Assembly (NCBI RefSeq): GCF_006345805.1
Contig: NC_043006.1
Span: 45,136,001-45,200,000, forward strand
Direction: 5' to 3'
DNA from: Octopus sinensis
Lineage: Eukaryota
Length of the DNA: 64,000 nt
The notes beneath the pieces are model-generated. The model was not told where the DNA came from. It searched no databases and was given only the letters and a program-made list of their open reading frames with translations. Below are positions 53,478-64,000 of this stretch, one piece after another; the stretch's first letter is position 1, and every line of letters starts with the position of its first letter. The translations under genes were made by a program, and so were the position numbers.

Positions 53478-54049
53478 TATCACAGGATTAATGAAGTATG
53501 CGTAGAGGTTTGAATGATTAAATTGACCCCAATATTTGATTGGGCGGAAGGCAAGGTTGATCTCTCTGGGGTTTGAACTCAGAACAAATTCCTCAATCCT
53601 TTCTGCCAATACAACGCTGTCATAATAAAGCGGCGAGCTGGCAGAAACGTTAGCACGACGGGCGAAATTCGTAGTCGTATTTTGTCTGCCTTGACGTTCT
53701 GAGTTCAAATTCCGCCGAGGTTGACTTTGCCCTACACCCTTTCGGGGTCGAAAAAGTAAGCACCAGTTGCGTACTGGGGTCGACTAATTGACTGGTCCCC
53801 TCCCCAAAAATTTCGGGCCTTGAAAATGAATACAACACTGTCATAATAAGTGTTCTTAACATAGGCACAAGGCCAGAAATTTGGAGCCGAGAGGATTAGC
53901 CGATTAAATCATCCCCAATACTTGACTGATACTTCATTTTAAGGATCCCGAAAGAGTGAAGCAATTTGAATCCAGGACGTAATACTTTAAATATTCTTCT
54001 AATCTGCCTATTTCTTTATTTCTAGCAGGGACACAACAGTAATTGATTG

Positions 54050-54209
54050 TTAAAATTATATTTACATTATTTATATTTGATAGATATTTGTCCTTATCTT
54101 GTTTGTTGTCTTCATGTTTCGGCTGATATACTCTCCAGCCTTCATCAGGTGTCTTGGGGAAATTTCGAACCTGGGTTCTCATTCCTAAGGTGTTTTTTGA
54201 TGTTGTTGA

Positions 54210-54270
<61 letters not shown>

Positions 54271-54495
54271 TAGCCCGCGCTCTTAACTACAACGCCATAT
54301 GCCCGTGGGCATACCTTAGGAATGGGAACCCAGGTTCGAAATTTCCCCAAAACACCTGATGACGGCCGGAGGGTATATCAGCCGAAATGTTGTGTTAACA
54401 ACAAACCAGATGAGGACAAATATCCGTCAAATGTAAATAATGTAAATAATGTAAATAATGTACATAATTCCTCATCTCTTAAATATAGAACTGTA
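54050..54495. mobile_element. Inverted (head-to-head) dimer of the hammerhead-bearing short element
   Basis: Minus copy about 54050-54305 (HHR with lost cleavage site); junction TATGCCC-GT-GGGCATA; plus copy 54307-54495 with HHR at 54351-54396. Confidence 0.85.
54351..54396 (+). ncRNA. Minimal type I hammerhead ribozyme (one stem II mismatch)
   Basis: AACAC-CUGAUGA-C-GGCCG-gaggguauau-CAGCC-GAAAU-GUU-GUGUU. Confidence 0.75.
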
Positions 54496-55763
54496 GAATT
54501 ATATTTACTGAAATTAGTGTTTAGTGTCCTGCAAGGTTCATTTAGAACGATTGTCATTTATACATTTACTCTTATTGTTAAATATACAATCACTTTAGTT
54601 GAATTTTACTTTCACGTAACTGGTTATTCTGTAATTTTACCGGCGAATATTTAAAATGTTAAAAAAGAAACTCAAATTAATTTATGGTTAGGGTTATGTA
54701 CCATTTGTCCCAGTCGAGTGATACTCTCATCAGAAAAAAAAATGCTGATATATCAAAATCTGACAGAATAGTCATTATATTTGACGATTGTTGTACTTTT
54801 ATCAAACTTGACCTGACCTTAAGCCAATAGTTCACAAGAGATTCAATTTATCTCATTTCTTAACTTTTAACAACTATTTCTCTACTTCTCTCTCCCTCTC
54901 TCTTTAAGATCCCCTCTCTTTCTAACTATCTATTTCTCTTCCTAAACACTCGCTTCCTTACATCACAATTCTCTATGCCTCTCTTTAGCTCCCTTATCTC
55001 TTCCTTCTCTCTTTTCTCTTACTATCCTTCTATTACTTCACTGTTCTATTTTATATCACTCCCACTCTCCCCTCTTGAAAATATTTCTCTCACCTTTTCC
55101 TTCTTTTCTCAGCATTTTTCTTTTTCCTTCTTTTTCCCAGTGTTTCTCTTTTTCTTCTTTTCAAATATCTCTGTCGTCTTTTTTCTGTCTTCACATCACC
55201 TTATTTTCACTGTCTCTCCAACATATCCTCTCTCTCAGTCTATAACCATTACTGGCACCACACTTCCTACATAATAAGCCTTAAAACACTCAATTATCCG
55301 TCAGTTATTACATTGTGTATCACTTTCGAGAAAATTGTAATTTTCTCAAGTTATGTATGTTAAACACAAGATACGCAGAGAAATACTTGCTCGCCTTTTT
55401 TTTTTAAACAACACCAGTTCCTTAGTATCTCTGACCTTTCAGTACAGATTTTAGACATGTTGCTTTCTCTACTCCCCCGCTCCCATCTCTCCATCTATCT
55501 CTTGCTCTCTTTTGATTTTTTTTTTCAAGTATTATTACTCCACTAAGCAGTCATTATAGTTTAGATATACGTCATTTACTGAAGATCAAAGCCCGGAAGC
55601 AAGTTCTATTTTTTTCCTACTCGAACTCCTGCAAACATTTTGATAAAATAAATTACTGGGTCAGTTAAGTCCATTTGTCATGTCAAGTTTACAAACTGTT
55701 AACTTAATCTATTCAGTTATGTCTTTTGGGTTTTATTTTTGCTTTGTGAATTACGTCTCTTCC

Positions 55764-55790
55764 AACGTTTCGAACTCCGTTCGTCATCAA
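55764..55790 (-). ncRNA. Hammerhead-like core with a C3U change
   Basis: UUGAUGA-C-GAAC-gga-GUUC-GAAAC-GUU; stem I pairing is poor. Confidence 0.5.
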
Positions 55791-56351
55791 ATGTGTAATA
55801 ACTGTCAGGTTTATGTACATGTGCACAGATTACATTCCAATTTGCTAACAACTATGCCACTGTTCTTGCGACACAGTGTCATAGCTAGATGATGGGATAT
55901 ATTTATTGAGGTTTATATTTAATTGGAATGTTTCGTTGTTTCTAAATTAGAGGATAAAACACGAGAAGGAAAGGAATTCAATAGGGATATAGAAAATCGG
56001 AATTACAAAAATAAAGAAAGAAATAGGCATGGCTGTGTGATTAAGAAGTTCGTTTCGCAACCACGTGGTTTGGGGGTTCAATCCCATGAGCGGTACCTTG
56101 CAAATCTACCGTAATAGCAGCGGCTCAATCAGCGCTTTGTGAATGAAACTGAGAAGAAAATTGTTGTGTGCATGTGATTTCAAAATGTAACCACATGTGA
56201 ATCGTTGGCAAGTTTTTTTTTGTTGTTGTTTTTACCTCCGACTTCTTTTTCTATTGGACTTTCCTTTGTCCCCTATTTCCGAATAAGAACATTGCTCGAA
56301 ACGTTAACCTACCTTTCTTTCCTTCCTTGAGCGTCAGCTAATACCTTACAT

Positions 56352-56576
56352 CAGGGGTGGGCGAACTTTTTTGATCGCGGGCCGCACAGTGCGTCTTTGG
56401 AACGTTGGCGGGCCTCATTTATAAAAATCAAGTGAAAATATTTTTAAAGGCGGTTATAGACCTATAAACACACAATTGATTGAAAGGAAATTTTGTAAAA
56501 TATTCCTCTCGGCGGGCCGCATGAAAACCTATGGCGTGCCGCATGCGGCCCGCGGGCCGTAGTTTGCCCACCCCTG
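56352..56576. mobile_element. hAT (Charlie-like) MITE with 8-bp TSD
   Basis: TIRs CAGGGGTGGGCGAACT / AGTTTGCCCACCCCTG; TSD CCTTACAT at 56344-56351 and 56577-56584; GCGGCCCGC subterminal motifs. Confidence 0.93.
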
Positions 56577-56636
56577 CCTTACATGTACCACGCCTACGCG
56601 TTGTTTTCTGTGTCTGTTCTTCTTAGGAGGGGGAGT

Positions 56637-56689
<53 letters not shown>

Positions 56690-56696
56690 TGTGTGT

Positions 56697-56982
56697 GGAA
56701 GCGCAATGGCCCAGTGGTTAGGGCAGCGGACTCGCGTTGTAATTGTTTATTGAGCGAAAACACCTAAAAGCCCCACGAAGCTCCGGCAGGGGGTGGGGGC
56801 GATCCCTGCTGTACTCTTTCGCCACAAATTTCTCTCACTTTTTCTTCTGTTGGCCTGCTCGCTTAGCCAGCGAGGTGGCGTCATTTGAAGGCTAAAACAA
56901 TGTGAAGCGCATTGTGACCAGCGATGTGTAGCAACATCTGATAGCCTGATCGGTCACGGTGATCACGGTGATCACGGTGATA
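56697..56982 (+). mobile_element. Family C SINE with (TCACGGTGA)x3 tail
   Basis: Head GTGGAAGCGCAATGGCCCAGTGGTTAGGGCAGCGG; tail repeats at 56954-56980. Confidence 0.87.
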
Positions 56983-57899
56983 TATATATATATTTACAAA
57001 CATGATGGACCCTCACATCGAATACGACGTATGAGCGTTCAGCTCTTTTGCCGAACGACCTGCACAAATTATTTGTTTATAGTGATCAAATGTATGCGTT
57101 ATACATTAGCTCACTCCCTACATCAAATCGACTTTAGCAGAATAAGTGCACGGTGTACCACGCATCAGGTGTTGAAGTGATGGCAGAGCAACGTGAAATA
57201 AAGTGTTTTGCTTTAGAACACAACGCACCACCTGATCCTATATTCCTAAATTCTCTGTGCCCCATTGAAACATGTCTTGCTATTTGTTGTTTTTCTAATC
57301 CTTTAGTATGGCCCTCTAAGCCTTACCCACCATTCGTGTCATTTTGTCCCTGAGGCTATATTTTGCTCATTTCTTATTATTTTCATCTTTGTACTTCGTC
57401 CATCGTCTTAAATTACATTTATTCACTTTCGTATCTCCACTTCTGTATCGCTTGTTATCCATGTATTGTTTGCTCTCGGTCCTATATTCTCCGCAACATT
57501 CACGGGCCCCTCCAGCATGAGAAGCCCCTCAGTCTTATCATTAACAGTGCAAAACTGAGTAATACCATCTGGTTGATAATTGATGAAGAACTAGGGACCT
57601 TCTGCGTCTGTCTTCCGTCCGTTTGTGCATTTAGTATATGTTATACATTTTTTACTTGTCGTTTGTGTATTTACAATACATTTTTCATTTATTATATATG
57701 TGTGTGTATGTGTGTGTACGTACGTACGTACGTATATGTGTGTGTTTGTGCGTGTGTATGCGTGTCTTTGTCCTACCACCACATGACAACCGATGTTGGT
57801 TTGTTTACATCCAAGTTACTCAGCAATTCGGTCTAAGAGAGAATTAGAATAAGACAGAATACCGACTATATCTGACAGTAAATCTGTTTTGCGCCCGAT

Positions 57900-59150
57900 C
57901 CATCTGAGATTGCTATGCAGGTGACCAACACTTTCTACTAATCTATCTTCATATTCCTCACATATTTAAAGTCTACACTGTCCAGCATCCATAAGAAGTT
58001 TGCCCTCAAGTGAGCTATAACAATACTGCAGAGATGACTACTTGAATTACCTGGGGAAAGTCAGTTACCACTGATAAATGCCAGGTTTTTACCCACGACC
58101 GTAAAACCTTTAGACTACCCTTAGGAAAACAGAGGATGCATTTTTACATCGCACATCCAACAAGTTCTTTCGCTTCTTAAATCGGATGTTATCAACCCAA
58201 CAAAGTAACTGGTATCAGTAGTCTCTCTTTTACCCTCCACAAGCAGGCTAGACTCACCATGCTGTTCGCTCACATCTCAGTATCTGGAAATCGAGCAAAA
58301 TCGCCACAATTTTAAAATGCAAAGAAAACCTAAATGAAACAATATCCCACAATTCCAACCTCTGCATATCCTCAAACAAGTTTTAAAGATTCATCTTTAT
58401 TATCACTACGCCACATATGTTCCTCTTTAGATCGCAACTTACCGAAAATATTGGGTTCTCCGGAAAGTTCGAGCCGATTTATAGTAGCTTACCTTTCGAT
58501 TTACCCTCCCAGGCACCTCAATTCTGGGAAGAGAGTATTTTCAAGTTAAACGAAAGATGGAGACGCATAGTGCAACAAAATGGTTCATATTGGGTTGATT
58601 AAAAATGTAATGGCAAGTATTTATTGACCTTTTTCTTTCCTTTAAAAATCGGCACGAACTTTCCGGACAACCCAATACTTACTGAATTCCATAGTAAAAA
58701 TAAAACAGAAAATTCTAACATTGACATTAGTTTAACTTTTGACTAAATCTTCCTCAAGATCCACTTTTGCACAAAATACCCAACAGCACCTAAAACAACA
58801 ATAAAACGTAGGCTATTAAACTACCTGTCAAGTTTATTTAGTATATAGCAACACATCTAGAATCTGCAATTTCCTGAATGGAATACCACAAGACTACGTC
58901 CACTCATCTACTAGGTTATCTATTTACACATCTTTTCCCACTTCTCCAAAGCGTACGCTCAGCACCCTCATACCCGGATGATATGACAATCACATTTTCC
59001 CCCACCTCTACCCGGAAACAGCTGCACAGCTTTTTCAATCTCCAGAAACCTGGAGTCAAAGCAATAGGCTTAAAGTAGAACTTAGCAATTCTACCGTCTC
59101 CCTTCCTACCAACAACACCGCAGGACATCAGTTGCAACATCTATCGCACA
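57900..59150 (+). pseudogene. Ancient decayed LINE RT (jockey/I-like), interrupted by a mariner element
   Basis: NGIPQD.. at 58877 and YPDDMTIT at 58971-58994 resemble GVPQG..YADD; boundaries uncertain. Confidence 0.45.
58451..58675 (+). mobile_element. mariner MITE retaining the transposase C-terminus
   Basis: TA-flanked TIRs TTGGGTTCTCCGGAAAGTTCG / CGAACTTTCCGGACAACCCAA; FWEESIFKLNERWRRIVQQNGSYWVD*. Confidence 0.92.
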
Positions 59151-61034
59151 TTAACATTAACATACCACAACATATGCAACAATAGGAACATACCATATAC
59201 ACAAAAAACAAAAATACTAGCAATTTAAAACAGCATTCGTTCACGGCTGTCCTAGAAGACATAAAAAGAAAGCAATGCTGTAAGCATTCTTCAATCAATC
59301 ACATGTACTACAACTGTCCAACAAGAAGAAACGACAATATTTTCGGTGTATTTACACCCATTTGTCAACAATAAATGTTCTCTATGACAAAAAAGTGAAT
59401 GGCTTTCACCGCCGAAAAACGCAACCAATCATTGAATGATGACGGGAATGTCATGAGAGACACTGTCTCTCATGTCAGCCCGCAGTACCTCCCTGTCCGG
59501 TTCCTGAGGTTGAAAAGAAGATAACCTCTCCGAAATGCATGCATCCTACAGTCAGGATCATGTGGCGATGTGAAGTGATTCTTCTCTCCATGACAAAACA
59601 AAATTAGCTTTCTTACGGGTTCGAATATGCCTCGACTATATTTGAACTGGTAACAAGTTTGAATTTATAGATTTTGCTGCTTAGTGTTGTCATCCCGTAC
59701 CAATATTCGTGTACAAACAACACAGAAGATTTATCATGGGTTACGTTAGTCCTGTCTTAGTCACTGATCTATCCACAACAAATCATAACTAACTACAAAG
59801 AATATGAAGCAACGTACCTTGGATCATCACATACCACACAGACCACTTGAACAACAATTCAAGAATGCTAAAATAAAAAAAAAAAACACTTAGATACGCA
59901 AGTGACATTGTTAACAGACCATGACATCATATGCAAAATCCTTCTCAAAGAATCACATTTATAACATTACCAACATGTTATAAATTCAGACAAGCATAAA
60001 TTGGGTTTAAACAAACAGCTGCGTTAGATATGGTGTTACTGACCCCAAACACTTTTCTGGGATTCTCAGAACCAATAATAATTAAAGAAGAACCACTGTT
60101 TAATGCGGTCCCACACTGACAATATTCACCTTGTCTGATTCTATATGGAAATAGATTGGTCAGTGGAAGGAGGGTATTTAATAACCAGGCATCCTCACAG
60201 CATGACCTACGGTCGTGGAATGATGGAAGTGTAAAAACATAGAACCAGATTTCTGGTGGTATTTGTTCCGACTCTTTACGTGCGAAGTTCAAATTCCCCC
60301 GTGGTTTGCTTGACTGATAGACTTATCCTATCGCCTTGTTTAACACCATCACCTGACATCTTGGATGCCTTTAGCCGACTCTACACTCTTACAAGCATTC
60401 GAACCAGGTTTCCGGTTGCGTCCTTCCCTTTCTCCCTTCCTCCATTCCTCTCTCTTTTCCTCCCTCTGCTCTTCTATTCCTCCCTTCCTTGCTCTCTTTC
60501 TCCCTTTTTACCTCCATTCTTTTCTCACCATCAATTTCAGAAGCCCTGTAATGAATCATGGGCTCTGCTTTGTCTCCTGACTTAAAAGATGAAAAAGAAA
60601 TATAACTGAGATAATGAATCATAGTTCTCAACTAGAGGATAGTATGGAGTACCCAGAGCTATAGATTCGTACATCACACCTAGTCTTTGACCAACTATCA
60701 GCGTGCATTATGCCCACTCTATCAGGACAGTCATGGAGTCTCACACCAATAACTTCTATTTCATCCTTCGAAAATTATCTTTACTAGCCAAACACAAAAG
60801 CATGTATGTACACGGGAAAATATCAACGGTACCATTAACTTTGCTAACTTTAAACAGTGTACTGACTGCATACCAGCAGTAATAGATGCTGAGGAGAAGC
60901 AATGGTCACACTCTAAATCTGCTCTTGACTGTGGAGAAGTATAACAGGATTTGACCATCACAGAGCATTTTACATACTCGCTGCATTATTGAATATGTGA
61001 TAAGATCCTCAACTAAACGGGGAAACAGTATATA

Positions 61035-61077
<43 letters not shown>

Positions 61078-61382
61078 TATTAGTGAATGGAAGAAATGGA
61101 GTTGAACGAAGATTGTACAGAATTCCCTTTATTACATTCTACACATGTTTCAAAGGCCACAAACATGTGTAGAATGTAATAAAAGGAATTCTGTACAATC
61201 TTCGTTCAACTCCATTTCTTCCATTCACTAATAATATTAAACTTCAATTATCCGCACCAACGCACGGTTGCAACACCAAATGGTCTTATCTCCAACCGTG
61301 TATTTTCTGCTGTGATTTTTGCTACCCAGGTATCGGTTAAACTTTTGAATAATCTGTAACAAGAAAATTCATCTTTCTATTT

Positions 61383-61468
<86 letters not shown>

Positions 61469-62712
61469 TATATATGGATCAATGAGACGCATCCAGTAGT
61501 TTGAGAATTTATGTGTCCTATATAAAAAAAAAGTATATAAGTTAGTCATTCAAGAATGACTGAGCAATATATGCACACGCACACAAACTCACTCGTACAT
61601 ACAGATGCACACACGTATTCAGAACTCCATCATCAATTCAGGTTGATCAATATCACCATGACTCGGATTTTAAAGGAGAAAGAGATCTTGATGTGAAGCT
61701 TTCTGTCGCTTTCTTGTCTTCAGACTTCCTTATTTTTCTGATTGAAAACATTCTCAAAATCCATTTGAAATCAATGAAATATATTCTTTCATATTTCGAA
61801 CAATTATTACACTATATTGTATTTTAAACAAAAACTTCAAATTCCGCTGACAGTCATCTAATAGCAATCTCAAAATCTTCGCAAACCAGCTTATGGTAGC
61901 ATTCTTCATATAGCAATTATGGAATTAAGCAAAGCAGGATTCCTATACTGCAAATCAAAATTTTGATATATTATTTCTATCAATTAGATTTTCTAAACCA
62001 AGAACTGTGTTTGTGTGATATTTTTTTTAAATGAATAAATTTTTAAAAGAAAGATCAAAACATCTGCTGCGGTAATACCAGCTATAGAAACAGACTGTTT
62101 GTATGTCATTGCATTTGAATACCATTTGTTGGAACAATGGTTGTAATCATTACTGCCTTAATGCCGCCAACTTTTCTAGGTTAGTAGGTAGTTGTTGGGG
62201 TGGTGTTGGCAGTGGTGTTATTTGTGGGGGGGTTTTACGATGATCGTGATGTTTGCATTGGTGGCGGTGCTGGTGCTGGTGACGGTGGTGGTGACGGTGG
62301 TGGTGACGGTGGTGGTGACGGTGGTGTTGGTGGTGGTAGTGATGGAGGTGGTGGTGGTGCTAGTGATGGTGCTAGTGGTGGTGCTAGTGGTGGTGATGAT
62401 GTGTTGGTGGTGGTGGTGGTGGTGGTGGTGGTGATGGTGGTGGTGGTGTGGTGTTTGCAGTTTTTATGATGTCGTGATGTTTGTATTGCTTGTGTTGGTG
62501 GTGCGAGTGTTTGCGCTCGTACAACCGTTGTTCTTGTTGTTGCTGTTGTTGTTATTGTTTCTGGTGGTGATGGTTGTGGCGGCGATAGCGGTGGAGGAGG
62601 CGGTGGCGGTGACATTATAACATTAACGGTAGTAGCGTGGTGATGGATGCCATATACAACTGATTAGCACTTTCATTGCAACTTGCATAAATACAGCTTC
62701 ACTCATACTACA

Positions 62713-62749
<37 letters not shown>

Positions 62750-63489
62750 AGTTAACATATATAAACACAATTACACGTAATTTCCAGTGAAATCTACTCT
62801 AATTTATCTTTACTCAATGCAAGCACGTTAATATCGGTTAACACACGTGTTTATCAGTGCAGTTTATTTCCTCCAATGTCATTTAACCCATCAATAAAAC
62901 CCGAATTATTACAACTCTTACTTGACCCTGTTAATCCTAATGTAGCAGAAAAGTCAACAAAACATTCTTCAGTACAAAATATATAAAACTATTATATAAT
63001 CAAGCCTTACTAACCCGAAGAGCCATTTAAAACTATAAACGGCTCAACATCAAACTTGTTATTAAGTGGTTCAAATCCTAAAGTTAGCCCTTCGGATACA
63101 AATGGAAACCCCTATTTTAAATATGTTAATGTTTACGTAATGGTCTATCGATGGGAAAGTTATCGTCAAAGCTGATATTATTGAAACCACGTGCATAGTA
63201 ATGCCCAAAGTTGTCATTTGTTCAACAGGCGTAGCTGTGTGGTAAGAAGCTTGCTTCCCAAACACATTAAAGAAACCAGGGAAGAGAACACTAAGATTTA
63301 AATGGATCGAAAATAAAAGAGTGGCGTGGAGTGGTGAGCGGGTTTGAAGTTTATCTTGTGGTCTTTTACTTGTTTCAGTCATTAAACTGCAGCCATACTG
63401 AAGCACTGCCTTCAGGAATTTTAGTTGAATGAATAAACCCACTGCTTGGCACCTCAGAGAAGTGTCTTCTACTATAGCCTCGGGTCGAC

Positions 63490-63890
63490 CAGAACGTAAC
63501 GGCAGACGAAATACCTACTTCTTTACTACCCACAAGGGGATAAACACAGAGGGGACAAACAAACGGATTAAGTCGATTACATCGACCCCAGTGCGTAACT
63601 GGTACTTATCGACCCCAAAAGGATGAACGGCAAAGTCGAACTTGGCGGTATTTGAACTCAGAACGTAACGGCAAATGAAATACCGCTAAGTATTCTTTTC
63701 TACTTTAGGCACAAGGCTCGAAATTTGAGGGGAGAGGGCTAGCCGATTAGATCGACCCCAGTACGCAACTGGTACTTAATTTATCGACCCTGAAAAGATG
63801 AAAGGTAAAGTCGACCTCGGCGGAATTTGAACTCAGAACGTAAAGACAGTATTTCGCCCGGCGTGCTAACGATTCTGCCAGCTCGCAGCC
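63490..63890 (-). mobile_element. Family A SINE multimer
   Basis: Head at about 63890; units rejoin at the same internal (GC)GGTATTTC site. Confidence 0.8.
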
Positions 63891-64000
63891 ATCGTTTTTA
63901 TTATTTATTTGATAATTTGGTAATTGCTGTCATAACTCCATACATATGTGTGTGTGTGTGATAGTGTGTTTCCGTCTGGGCGTGGGAGTGCGTATATGTC

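Overview
AT-rich eukaryotic DNA dominated by repeats. The SINE families and microsatellite profile look like an octopus (coleoid cephalopod) genome; this is pattern recognition, not a database match. No intact host protein-coding gene, rRNA, true tRNA gene or CRISPR array can be supported, and most ORFs in the track are translations of microsatellites. The window holds decayed retroelements: two Penelope-like (PLE) remnants, CR1/L2-type LINEs including a 2.9 kb APE+RT copy, a Tx1-like LINE present twice at (GATA)n junctions, R4/Dong-like pieces, and RTE-like and jockey/I-like RT relics. It also holds mariner, hAT, pogo, piggyBac and Helitron-like DNA elements and dozens of tRNA-derived SINEs. 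The most interesting signal is a PLE/hammerhead-ribozyme (HHR) system. It comprises about ten HHR-like cores from several families, a tRNA-headed short element carrying an HHR, and a PLE 3' region with a complete-looking Pol II promoter (six fixed-spacing CCAAT/CRE modules, TATA, Inr, Kozak ATG, splice donor) followed by an HHR relic. Other notable items are an apparently GATA-targeting Tx1 element, multimeric SINEs bounded by one target-site duplication (TSD), a SINE/LINE 3' stem-loop with compensatory changes, and three near-perfect fold-back hairpins. Coordinates were read by eye; repeat boundaries are approximate.
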